Shown: positions 1 to 8,860 of the stretch, piece by piece | Layout of the letters: each line of letters begins with the position of its first letter | Position numbering within the stretch: position 1 is the first letter of the stretch | NCBI GenBank assembly: GCA_963820025.1 | Contig: CAWFYL010000003.1 | Coordinates: 280,261-344,260 of the forward strand | Direction of reading: 5' to 3' | DNA length: 64,000 bases | DNA from: an uncultured Acidimicrobiia bacterium | GTDB taxonomy: Bacteria > Actinomycetota > Acidimicrobiia > IMCC26256 > JAENVU01 | The notes under the pieces: model-generated | The model's database searches: none | Told to the model about the DNA's origin: nothing | The model's input: only the letters and a program-made list of their open reading frames with translations | Translations under genes and position numbers: made by a program

Positions 1-578
1 TGGCCGCCATCGCGTACTTCGAGCCCGCGTCACTTCCCGGGGGCATCCCGTCCGGGCTGGAGGTCAGCGCCCGGTACACGGCCACCAACCCCTCCATCTG
101 GGTGAACGCGACGCACGTGTGCACGTGCGAGGTCGACGTGACGACGGGCCGGGTCGAGCTGCTGCGCTACATCGTGAGCGAGGACTGCGGTCCGATGATC
201 AATCCCAACGTCGTCGAAGGCCAGATCGCGGGTGGGGTCGCGCAGGGCATCGGCGGGGCGCTCCTCGAGCACCTCGCGTACGACGAGGACGGGAACCCGG
301 TCACGACGACGTTCATGGACTACCTCCTCCCCACCGCAGCCGATGTGCCCCTGATCGAGTACGGGCACATCGAGACCCCGAGCCCCGGCCCGGGCGGCTT
401 CAAGGGGGTGGGTGAAGGCGGTGCGATCGGCGCGCCGCCGGCGGTCGTGAACGGGGTGGCCGACGCGATCGCCCCGTTCGGCGTGACCGTGACGACCCTG
501 CCACTGACGCCGTCCCGGATCGTGGCCCTGCTCGACGACCGAATGCCGGGACCCCCTGCCCGACAAGGAGACTGCTGA
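1..578 (+). CDS. xanthine dehydrogenase / aerobic CO dehydrogenase family molybdopterin-binding large subunit, C-terminal part (5' end outside window)
   Basis: The frame is open from base 3 (AAIAYFEPASLPGG...) into listed ORF 102..578. Motifs GQIAGGVAQGIG, FMDYLLPTAADVP and GVGEGGAIGAPPAV are typical of CoxL/XdhB-type Mo-hydroxylases. Stop TGA 576-578 overlaps the next ATG. Confidence 0.8.
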   Translation, partial: AAIAYFEPASLPGGIPSGLEVSARYTATNPSIWVNATHVCTCEVDVTTGRVELLRYIVSEDCGPMINPNVVEGQIAGGVAQGIGGALLEHLAYDEDGNPVTTTFMDYLLPTAADVPLIEYGHIETPSPGPGGFKGVGEGGAIGAPPAVVNGVADAIAPFGVTVTTLPLTPSRIVALLDDRMPGPPARQGDC

Positions 579-1777
579 TGGAGACCACCGATGTGACCGA
601 GCTCCGCTACGACCCCTACGACGTGCGGATCAACGCCGACCCGTACCCGGCGTTCCGCCGGCTCCGCGAGGAGGCGCCGCTCTACTACAACGACGAGCAC
701 GACTTCTTCGCGCTGAGTCGCTACGCGGACGTCGAGCAGGGTCTGCGCGACCGCGAGACCTACATCTCGGGTCGGGGTGCGATCATCGAGGTGATCCGTG
801 CCGGCATCGAGATGCCGCCGGGCGTCATCATCTTCGAGGACCCTCCGATCCACACGCTCCACCGCGGGCTGCTCTCGCGGGTGTTCACGCCGAAGAAGAT
901 GAACGCGCTCGAACCGGAGGTCCGGGCGTTCTGCGCGGCGAGCCTCGACCCGTTGGTCGGGAGCGGCCGGTTCGACTTCGTCGCCGACCTCGGGGCCCAG
1001 ATGCCGATGCGGGTCATCGGGATGTTGCTCGGGATCCCGGAGCAGGACCAGGACGCCATCCGGCGCAACGTGGACGCATCGCTGCGGACGGAGGCCGGAG
1101 CGCCGATGGACGTCTCGCAGGGGAACTTCCTGACCGGCGAGATGTTCGCCGACTACATCGACTGGCGGGCCGGGCATCCGTCCGACGACCTCATGACCGA
1201 GCTGCTCAACGCGGAGTTCGAGGACGAGACGGGCACCATGCGCACGCTCGCGCGCGAAGAGGTCCTCACCTATGTGACCGTCGTCGCGGGCGCGGGCAAC
1301 GAGACGACGACCCGGTTGATCGGATGGGCGGGCAAGGTCCTGGCCGACCACCCCGACCAGCGGCGCGAGCTGGTCGAGGACCGGTCGCTCGTGCCCAACG
1401 CGATCGAGGAGCTGCTGCGGTTCGAGCCGCCGGCGCCGCACGTCGCCCGGTACGTCGCGCGCGACGTGAAGCACCACGGCACGGTCGTGCCGGAGGGCAG
1501 CATCATGATGTTCCTCATCGGTGCGGCGAACCGTGACGACCGCCGCCATCCCGAGGGTGACCGCTTCGACATCCACCGCGAGATCGGCCCGCACCTGACG
1601 TTCGGCTACGGCATCCACTTCTGCCTGGGCGCCGCGCTCGCCCGGCTCGAGGGGCGCATCGCGCTCGACGAGGTGCTCCAGCGGTTCCCGGAGTGGGAGG
1701 TCGACCTCGACCGCGCCCGCCTCTCGCCCACGTCGACCGTGCGCGGCTGGGAGACGCTCCCCACGTTCACTTCGTAG
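578..1777 (+). CDS. cytochrome P450
   Basis: 399 aa. Heme-binding signature FGYGIHFCLGAALARLE, AGNETT I-helix motif and EELLRFEPP (ExxR). AAGGAG SD lies upstream. Confidence 0.95.
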   Translation: METTDVTELRYDPYDVRINADPYPAFRRLREEAPLYYNDEHDFFALSRYADVEQGLRDRETYISGRGAIIEVIRAGIEMPPGVIIFEDPPIHTLHRGLLSRVFTPKKMNALEPEVRAFCAASLDPLVGSGRFDFVADLGAQMPMRVIGMLLGIPEQDQDAIRRNVDASLRTEAGAPMDVSQGNFLTGEMFADYIDWRAGHPSDDLMTELLNAEFEDETGTMRTLAREEVLTYVTVVAGAGNETTTRLIGWAGKVLADHPDQRRELVEDRSLVPNAIEELLRFEPPAPHVARYVARDVKHHGTVVPEGSIMMFLIGAANRDDRRHPEGDRFDIHREIGPHLTFGYGIHFCLGAALARLEGRIALDEVLQRFPEWEVDLDRARLSPTSTVRGWETLPTFTS

Positions 1778-1781
1778 CCGG

Positions 1782-2546
1782 TCACTCGGGGATCAGCGGT
1801 CCCGTCGGCGCGGTGCTCGTCGCGTGCACGAGCAGCTCGGCCAGCTCGCGGGGCCGGCTCAGGAACGGTGAGTGGGACGCGTCGATCGTCAGCGACTCGA
1901 CGCCGAGGCGCCGCGCGACGAGGTCCGCGAGCCACCGCGGCTGTGCATGGTCCTGATCGCAACGGATGAAGCTGCGCGGGAGATCCGCGGCCCAGAACGT
2001 CGGGACGGAGACCGGTGTCGTCGCGGTGTCACCGACGCGCTCGGGGGTGAGTCGGTCGAACGCCCACGCGACGGTCGCGTCGTCGCAGTCGTCGTAGAAG
2101 AGCTCGCGGGCGCCGCGGATGTCGTTCCATCGCATCGCGCCGTCGGCGTCGAAGGTCAGGTACTGCAGCATCCCGGTCACCTCGTCGACGGCCTGCGCGG
2201 AGTCGGTGTCGCCGTCGCGCTGGGTGAGCGCCTCCGGGTACGTACGGCCCTCGCGGGGCAGCGCCGCGGCGAGGTAGACCACGTGGCGGACCAGTTCCGG
2301 CGCGGCGTCGGCGGCGATGGTGATGTCGAAGCCGCCACCCGAGTGGCCGACGAGGACGTCGCCGGGCCGCAGGACGGTCACGACGGCCTCGAGCCGGCTC
2401 GCGGCGGTCGACTCGACGTCGACCAGGTCGCCGTGCCCGGGCATGTCGATGGCGACCGCCTCGTGGCCGAGCGCGGCCAGCTCGGGCACGGTGCGGGACC
2501 AGCACCACGCGCCGTGGAAGCCGCCGTGGATCAGGACGAAGCGCAT
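1782..2546 (-). CDS. alpha/beta hydrolase
   Basis: 254 aa. Starts MRFVLIHGGFHGAWCW and has the nucleophile elbow GHSGGG. Convergent with the P450. Confidence 0.85.
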   Translation of the reverse strand: MRFVLIHGGFHGAWCWSRTVPELAALGHEAVAIDMPGHGDLVDVESTAASRLEAVVTVLRPGDVLVGHSGGGFDITIAADAAPELVRHVVYLAAALPREGRTYPEALTQRDGDTDSAQAVDEVTGMLQYLTFDADGAMRWNDIRGARELFYDDCDDATVAWAFDRLTPERVGDTATTPVSVPTFWAADLPRSFIRCDQDHAQPRWLADLVARRLGVESLTIDASHSPFLSRPRELAELLVHATSTAPTGPLIPE

Positions 2547-2565
2547 GCGAGGCGACGCGCCCGGC

Positions 2566-4218
2566 TCAGACGGTCTCGGGCTGCATGCCCGGACGGCTCG
2601 CGAGCACGTCGACCTGGGTCTCGTCGACGCGGATCGGTGTCCCGTTGACGAGCACGTGGCGGACGCCGGTCGGTTGCTCCGCGGTCAGACGTTCGGCGTC
2701 GGCGGGGAAGTCGCGCACCCGGCGCAGCGGCCCGGGTCCGACCGTCTCGGGGTCGAAGACGCACAGGTCGGCCCAGCTGCCCTCGCGCAGGTAGCCGCGG
2801 CGCACGAAGCCGAAGATGTCGGCCGGCTCTCCGGTGAGCTTGCGGACCGCGTGTTCGAGCGAGAGACGACCGCGATCACGCACCCACGTGCCGAGCAGGT
2901 CGGTCGGGAGCGGTGCGTCGCACAGCTGGTCGATGTGCGCCCCCGCGTCCGAGAGCCCGAGCACCACATGCTCGTGCGCGAGCAGATCCCCGACCGCGTC
3001 GACGTCGTCGTTCGCGATGTAGGCGCGGAAGCGTGTCGTGAGGTCCTCCGCCAGGGCGACCTCGCACATCACGTCGAGCGGCCTGCAGCCCTGCTCCCTC
3101 GCGAGATCGTCGACCCGCCGGCCCTGGAGCTCGGGGAACTGCGCCGACTCGGAGATCTCGAACGTCTCCCACCGAGGCTTCATCGGCGACCGCTCGAGGT
3201 CCTCGGCCGCACGGGCCCTCCACGCCGGGTCGGCGTACGCGGCCAGGCGCGCGGCCCGGTCACCCTGGAGGAGCTCGCCGAACACCTTGCCCGTGTTCAG
3301 GCTGTACGGATCGGCCAGGGTGAACTGCATCGTCAGCGGACGGGGCGTGACCTGCGGCCACACCTGTGCGCCGGCGGCCACTCCCAGGTCGTGCAGCCCG
3401 ACCGGCTCCAGGTGCTTCCCGCCGGGCGACGCGAACAGCGGGTACGTGAACGGCCGACCGACGCGCGGCTGCCACTCGTAGACGTCGGCGTAGGTGCACT
3501 GCTCGCCCGGCGTGATGAGCACCACGCCCTTGCCGGCCTCGCCGGCGGCGAGGAACAGCGCCTCGACCTCGTCGGCCTGCGCGTAGCGGCTCGGGACCGG
3601 CTTGCCGTCCACCCCGCGGTGCGCGTAGGAGAAGCTGGTCGAGAAGCCCGCCGCGCCGGCGCCGATGGCCTCGCGCACGAGCGCGGCCATGCGGGTGATC
3701 TCCTCGGCGGTCGCGGCCCGCTCGTACGCCGCGTCGCCCATGACGTAGAGGCGCAGGGCGGAGTGGCCGATGTACGCGGTGAAGTTCAGGACCGTGCCTC
3801 GCCGCCGTACCGAGGCCAGGTACTCGGGGAACGTCTCGAAGTCCCACGCCATCCCGGCGATGAGCGTCTCGGGATCCATGTCCTCGACGTTCTCGAGCGT
3901 GTGCACGATCAGCTCGTGGTGCTCGGGGCGCGTCGGGGCGATCGCGAAGCCGCAGTTGCCCGCGACGACGGTGGTGACCCCCTGGTACGAGGACGGTCGC
4001 AGTGCGGGGTCCCAGAACACCTGGGCGTCGTAGTGGGTGTGGATGTCGATGAAGCCGGGGGTCACCGCGCAGCCGGACGCGTCCAGCTCGCGCTCGCCAT
4101 GCAGGTTCGGTCCGATCTCGCGGACCACCCCGTCGGCCACCACCACGTCGGCCGCACGCCCGGGTTCGCCGGTGCCGTCGAACACGGTCCCGCCGCGGAT
4201 CACGACCTCAGCCGGCAT
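2566..4218 (-). CDS. D-aminoacylase (N-acyl-D-amino-acid deacylase) family amidohydrolase
   Basis: ORF 2566..4371 trimmed to the internal ATG at 4218 (MPAEVVIRGGTVFDGTG...). Metal-binding GFIDIHTHYD motif. The start overlaps the upstream SDR stop by 11 nt. Confidence 0.85.
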   Translation of the reverse strand: MPAEVVIRGGTVFDGTGEPGRAADVVVADGVVREIGPNLHGERELDASGCAVTPGFIDIHTHYDAQVFWDPALRPSSYQGVTTVVAGNCGFAIAPTRPEHHELIVHTLENVEDMDPETLIAGMAWDFETFPEYLASVRRRGTVLNFTAYIGHSALRLYVMGDAAYERAATAEEITRMAALVREAIGAGAAGFSTSFSYAHRGVDGKPVPSRYAQADEVEALFLAAGEAGKGVVLITPGEQCTYADVYEWQPRVGRPFTYPLFASPGGKHLEPVGLHDLGVAAGAQVWPQVTPRPLTMQFTLADPYSLNTGKVFGELLQGDRAARLAAYADPAWRARAAEDLERSPMKPRWETFEISESAQFPELQGRRVDDLAREQGCRPLDVMCEVALAEDLTTRFRAYIANDDVDAVGDLLAHEHVVLGLSDAGAHIDQLCDAPLPTDLLGTWVRDRGRLSLEHAVRKLTGEPADIFGFVRRGYLREGSWADLCVFDPETVGPGPLRRVRDFPADAERLTAEQPTGVRHVLVNGTPIRVDETQVDVLASRPGMQPETV

Positions 4219-5032
4219 CTCGCTCTCCCTTCCCCATGAGGTGACGGAGCTGGCCGGCGGGGGGACCGGCGGTCGTCCCGCCGTCAACCGGCAGCACGAT
4301 CCCCGTGACCTGGGCCGCCTGCTCGCTCGCCAGCCACAGGACCGCGTTCGCGACGTCCGCCGGTCGACCACTCCGTTGCAACGGCTGCATCAGCTGGATG
4401 ATCCGGTCGACGTCGTAGTCCGCATTGATCTCCGTGGCAATGTGCGCAGGGGCGATGCAGTTCACCCGGATGCCGTGCTCGGCGAGGTCGATCGCGATCG
4501 AACGCGTGAGCTGGATCACCGCGGCTTTCGAGCACCGGTATGCCATCAACCCGGCGCCGGCGTTGATGCCCGCGATCGACGTGGTGTTGACGATCGACCC
4601 GCCGCCGTGCGCCGCCATGTGGCGCGCCGCGCGCTGGCTGCCGAGCATGACCCCGAGGAGGTTGACCCTCATCACGCGGTCGAAGTCCCGCAGGTCGTCA
4701 TCGAGGAAGCGGCGGCTCGCACCGGAGACCCCCGCGTTGTTGACCATGACGTGCAGGCCGCCGAACTGCGCGATCGCGAGGTCGACCGCGGCCTGAACCT
4801 GATCGGCGTCCGACACATCGGTCGCCCGGAACGCGACCGCGTCGCCGAGCTCGGTGGCGAGCGCCTCGCCGCGTTCGGCGTTCGCGTCCGCGACGACCAC
4901 CCTGGCCCCCTCGGCCACGAAGCGGGCCACGATCGCGCGGCCGAGCCCGCCCGCGCCGCCGGTGACGATGGCGACCTTGCCGGCGAGGGCCTCACCGTCG
5001 GGGTGCACGCGGCGGGCCGACCGGTCAGTCAT
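4208..5032 (-). CDS. short-chain dehydrogenase/reductase (SDR)
   Basis: 274 aa. Cofactor motif TGGAGGLG, NNAG, and the YxxxK context (MAYRCSK). Confidence 0.9.
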   Translation of the reverse strand: MTDRSARRVHPDGEALAGKVAIVTGGAGGLGRAIVARFVAEGARVVVADANAERGEALATELGDAVAFRATDVSDADQVQAAVDLAIAQFGGLHVMVNNAGVSGASRRFLDDDLRDFDRVMRVNLLGVMLGSQRAARHMAAHGGGSIVNTTSIAGINAGAGLMAYRCSKAAVIQLTRSIAIDLAEHGIRVNCIAPAHIATEINADYDVDRIIQLMQPLQRSGRPADVANAVLWLASEQAAQVTGIVLPVDGGTTAGPPAGQLRHLMGKGERDAG

Positions 5033-6017
5033 CCTCGATCCAGTAGCTGGGGACGGTCTCGACCTCGTGGCGCTCGAAGATCGCGTCGATCTCGGCGAGG
5101 TCCGCGGGGTCGATGGTCCAGCCGACCGCGCCCGCGTTGTCCTCGACCTCGGCGACGGTCCGGCAGCCGACCAGCGCGGTGCTGATCGCGGGATGCGCCA
5201 GGGCCCAGGCCAGTGCGAGCTGGGGCAGGCTCTTGTCGTACTTCGCGGCGATGCCCTTCAGCTCCTCGACCGCGTGGACGTTGCGTGGGAACGAGTCGGC
5301 TCCGAAGAGCGTGTCGAAGAGCTTGATCGAGCCCATCTTGCCCTTGCGGGCCCGCCAGTCCTTCGAGCCGAAGTCCATGTCCTCGGTGAAGGTGCCGGTG
5401 AGCAACCCGAAGGCGAGCGATCCGTAGGCCATGACGCCGATGCCTTCGGCCTCGCAGTAAGGGAAGACGTCCTGGCTCATCCGGCGGTCGAACATGTGCC
5501 ACCCGTACTGGGCGACGTCGACCCGGCGGTGAGCCATGCAGGCCTCGATCTCCTCCTTGCGGAAGTTCGAGACCCCGACGAAGCGCGCCTTGCCCGCGCG
5601 CACGATCTCGTCGAGTGCGTCCATCGTCTCCTCGAACGGCGTCTCGCGGTCCGGCCAGTGCACGAGGAAGACGTCGACCCAGTCGGTGCCGAGCTGCTCG
5701 AGGCTCTTGTCGATCGACGCCATCACCCGGTCGCGGCTGGCGTCACGCAGGCCCGGCTTGTCGCGGTACCCGAAGCCGAACTTGGTGACGACGATCGCCT
5801 CGCCGCGCCGCGGGCCCAATGCCTCGCCGAGCGCCTGCTCCGAGGTGCCGTATCCCTCGGCCGTGTCGAAGCAGTTGATGCCCAGGTCGAGCGCGCGGCC
5901 CACCGCGCGGCCGAACGCGGCCTCGTCGACGTCGCCGTAGCCGCCCCCGACCTCCCAGCAGCCGAATCCGACGGCCGAGACCTCGAGGCCGGTCCGTCCG
6001 AAGGGTCGATGTTCCAC
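5025..6017 (-). CDS. aldo/keto reductase
   Basis: 330 aa. LEVSAVGFGCWEVGG and INCFDTAEGYG motifs. GTG start with GAAAGGA SD. Confidence 0.9.
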   Translation of the reverse strand: MEHRPFGRTGLEVSAVGFGCWEVGGGYGDVDEAAFGRAVGRALDLGINCFDTAEGYGTSEQALGEALGPRRGEAIVVTKFGFGYRDKPGLRDASRDRVMASIDKSLEQLGTDWVDVFLVHWPDRETPFEETMDALDEIVRAGKARFVGVSNFRKEEIEACMAHRRVDVAQYGWHMFDRRMSQDVFPYCEAEGIGVMAYGSLAFGLLTGTFTEDMDFGSKDWRARKGKMGSIKLFDTLFGADSFPRNVHAVEELKGIAAKYDKSLPQLALAWALAHPAISTALVGCRTVAEVEDNAGAVGWTIDPADLAEIDAIFERHEVETVPSYWIEDD

Positions 6018-6169
6018 GGTGGTGTCCTTTCTCGGCGGGGCGACGGAGCGCCCCGAGGGGTCGTGCGGCCCGGGTCACGATGCGTCCAGAACTAACAGCC
6101 GTGTCATTGCACCGTACCACCCAGCAAGTGAGTATGCCCACAGTCGCAATGGCGACGGCCGACGTGGGC

Positions 6170-6183
6170 TAACGCTAATGTCA
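6170..6183. promoter_or_regulatory. degenerate copy (TAACGCTAATGTCA) of the TGACGCTAACGTCA palindrome, ~40 nt upstream of the tandem TetR
   Basis: Differs at 2 of 14 core positions from the sites at 53803-18 and 60823-40. Lies in the visibly less GC-rich AKR/TetR divergent intergenic region. Confidence 0.3.
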
Positions 6184-6221
6184 ACACCGCCCGCTCGAGC
6201 CCACCCGGGGAGGAGGTGCTG

Positions 6222-7556
6222 ATGCCCGACGACGATCCCGACGCCCCGCTGGACCGCGCGGTCGCCGTCGTGCGCCGCGCGCCGTTCTCGGACAACCCCA
6301 GGGTCGGAGCCCGCGGCCAGCGCGCGCAGCAACGGATCCTCGACGCGGCGCTGCGGGCGTTCGGCGAGGAGGGTTATCACGGTTGCAGCATCGACCGGAT
6401 CGCCAAGCTGGCCCAGTGCTCGCGTGTCTCCTTCTACCAGTACTTCGCCAACAAGGAAGACGTCTTCCGGCATCTGGCCGGTCTGGTGGCGCGCCAGGTG
6501 GGCGCATCGACGGAAGCGCTCGACTCCCTCAGCGCCGACGCGCAGGGTTGGTCGGCGATGCGCACGTGGGTCGCCCGCTACGCGTCGGTCCACGCGCGCT
6601 ACGAGCCGGTGTTCCACTCGCTCGAGAGCGACGAGAGCCTCGCGACGGTGGCGCGCGTCACCGGCGGGGAGACGGTCACCCGGATCCACGCACGGTTGGT
6701 GACGGCCACGCTGGCGCCGCGGCAGCTCGACCCCGTCATCCGGCTCCTGCTGGAGTGCCTGAACCACACGTTGGACGTGAGCGGGATCCTCCGCGCGTCG
6801 GCGCCCGACGCCTACCCGCACGAACGGATCGAGACCGCCTTCACCGATGTCCTGCACCGCACGCTGTTCGGACGCGACGACGGTGTCAACGTGCACCCGT
6901 CGGCGGATCCCGCGCCGCCGGCACGGGAGTTCGGACCCGAGATGTCGGAGCTGCTCCGCGGTGGCGATCTGGTCGAGCCGGGCGCGTCCGCGAATCCGGC
7001 GCTGCTCTCCCTGCTCGCCTCGGGCCGCGACGTGTTCGTCGCGCGCGGGTACCAGGCGACCCGGGTCGACGATCTCGTCTCGCGCGCCGGGGTGTCGCGG
7101 GGCGCGTTCTACCGCTACTTCCGCAACAAGGAGGAGCTGGCGCGCATCCTGACCGCACGCGCGGTGCGGGCGGTGGGCGCGACGGTGACGGAGATCCCGG
7201 ATCTGAGCGCGGTCGACGACTCGACGCGCAAGAACGTCGTGCGACGGTGGCTGCGCCGCTACCACGCGGCGCACGCGGCCGAGGCCGCGATGCTCCGGGT
7301 GTGGGTCGATGCCGCACTGCAGGACCCGGTGATCCGGGACGAGTCGGCCCCGCTGCTCGACTGGGGCCGACGGCGCATGGCGCGGTACCTGCGTCCACGC
7401 CGGTTCGGTGACGTCGACTTCGACGCCCTCGTCATGGTGGCGTTGCTGGGTGTGTTCGGCGCACGGTCGCGCTCCGCGGGCGAGGTGGACGCCGCCGCCC
7501 TGATCATCGAGCGCGGGTTGCTCGGCACGGCACCGGCGGCGGGGAGCACCCCATGA
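6222..7556 (+). CDS. TetR-family regulator with two tandem TetR units
   Basis: Two separate N-terminal-type HTH segments: ILDAALRAFGEEGYHGCSIDRIAKLAQCSRVSFYQYFANKEDVF and GRDVFVARGYQATRVDDLVSRAGVSRGAFYRYFRNKEELA. ATG at 6222 is preceded by GGAGGAGG (the ORF track starts at GTG 6216). Confidence 0.85.
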   Translation: MPDDDPDAPLDRAVAVVRRAPFSDNPRVGARGQRAQQRILDAALRAFGEEGYHGCSIDRIAKLAQCSRVSFYQYFANKEDVFRHLAGLVARQVGASTEALDSLSADAQGWSAMRTWVARYASVHARYEPVFHSLESDESLATVARVTGGETVTRIHARLVTATLAPRQLDPVIRLLLECLNHTLDVSGILRASAPDAYPHERIETAFTDVLHRTLFGRDDGVNVHPSADPAPPAREFGPEMSELLRGGDLVEPGASANPALLSLLASGRDVFVARGYQATRVDDLVSRAGVSRGAFYRYFRNKEELARILTARAVRAVGATVTEIPDLSAVDDSTRKNVVRRWLRRYHAAHAAEAAMLRVWVDAALQDPVIRDESAPLLDWGRRRMARYLRPRRFGDVDFDALVMVALLGVFGARSRSAGEVDAAALIIERGLLGTAPAAGSTP

Positions 7557-8860
7557 CCACGCCGGACCTCGCCGAGGTCGACTTCTTCCGGGCCGGGTCC
7601 CTCTACCAGGACCCGTACCCGTACTACGAGTTCCTCCGGGAGCAGGGACCCGTCTGGCGCGAGCCGCACCACGGTGTGGTGATGGTCACCGGGTACGCGG
7701 AGGCGATGGCGGTCTACCGCGACCCGGCGACGTTCTCGTCGTGCAACGCGGTCAGCGGGCCCTTTCCCGGATTTCCGGTGCCGCTCGAAGGCGACGACGT
7801 CACCGCGCTCGTCGAAGCACACCGCGACGAGCTCCCGTTCAGCGATCAGATGCCGACCTTCGACCCGCCGAAGCACACCGACCACCGCGGGCTGCTGATG
7901 CGGCTGATCACGCCGAAGCGGCTCAGCGAGAACGAGGAGTTCATGTGGCGGCTCGCGGATCGCCAGATCGACGAGTTCCTCGACCGGGGCGCGTGCGAGT
8001 TCGTCCACGACTACGCGAACCCGTTCACGCTGCTCGTCATCGCGGACCTGCTCGGGGTCCCGGAAGCCGACCACGCGACGTTCCGTGAGGAGCTCCAGGG
8101 CGACGCCCGTCCGACGGGGCGCCGCCACCGGGCGGGCGAGGGGATGGCGCACAAGCCGTTGGAGTTCCTCTACGAGCGGTTCACGGCCTACATCGAGGAG
8201 TGCCGGCGCGCCCCGCGCGACGACGTCATGACCGCGCTCGCCACCGCGACCTTCCCCGACGGCTCCCTGCCCGAGGTCACCGACGTCATGCTCATCGCGT
8301 CGAACCTGTTCGCGGCGGGGCAGGAGACCACCGCGCGGCTGCTCGGCGCCGCGCTGCGCATGGTGGCGGAGCGCCCCGAGCTGCAGGATCTGCTGCGAGA
8401 CGACCGGGCCCGGATCCCGGCGTTCATCGAGGAGGCCCTGCGCCTCGAGAGCCCGATCCAGGGTGACTTCCGGCTCTCGCTCCTGCCCGCGACGATCGGA
8501 GGGGTGGATCTCCCGGCGGGAACCACGGTGATGCTCGTCAACGGGGCTGCGAACCGCGACCCTCGCGAGTTCCCGCATCCCGGCGAGCTCGATCTCGACC
8601 GGGTCAACGGCCGCGCGCACCTCGGGTTCGGGTTCGGCATCCACACGTGCGCCGGTGCGCCCCTCGCCCGGGCCGAGGCGCGCGTCAGCTTCGAGCGCAT
8701 CTTCGACCGCATGGGCGAGATCCGGATCTCGGAAGCCGACCACGGCCCGGCGAGCGCGCGCCGGTACGCGTACACCCCGATCTTCATGCTCCGCGGCCTC
8801 GAGCAGCTCCACGTCGACTTCACCCCGCGGAGCGCACCCGCCGGCGGCCGACGCTCATGA
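7553..8860 (+). CDS. cytochrome P450
   Basis: 435 aa. FGFGIHTCAGAPLARAE heme loop, AGQETT, EEALRLESP. ATGA overlap with the TetR stop. Confidence 0.95.
   Translation: MTTPDLAEVDFFRAGSLYQDPYPYYEFLREQGPVWREPHHGVVMVTGYAEAMAVYRDPATFSSCNAVSGPFPGFPVPLEGDDVTALVEAHRDELPFSDQMPTFDPPKHTDHRGLLMRLITPKRLSENEEFMWRLADRQIDEFLDRGACEFVHDYANPFTLLVIADLLGVPEADHATFREELQGDARPTGRRHRAGEGMAHKPLEFLYERFTAYIEECRRAPRDDVMTALATATFPDGSLPEVTDVMLIASNLFAAGQETTARLLGAALRMVAERPELQDLLRDDRARIPAFIEEALRLESPIQGDFRLSLLPATIGGVDLPAGTTVMLVNGAANRDPREFPHPGELDLDRVNGRAHLGFGFGIHTCAGAPLARAEARVSFERIFDRMGEIRISEADHGPASARRYAYTPIFMLRGLEQLHVDFTPRSAPAGGRRS

Noticed and set aside
320-1618. Long ORFs antisense to or out of frame with real genes, for example 320..1618 (-), 2317..4239 (+), 7259..8812 (-), 8188..10200 (-), 9888..11696 (-), 12625..14568 (-), 14946..16232 (-), 39232..41541 (-), 42301..43854 (-), 47436..49019 (-), 61707..63956 (-).
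   Set aside because: Their translations are Arg/Pro/Gly/Asp-rich low-complexity strings with no motifs. Each lies opposite or overlapping an ORF with clear family signatures. This is the expected stop-codon-poor artefact of very GC-rich DNA.
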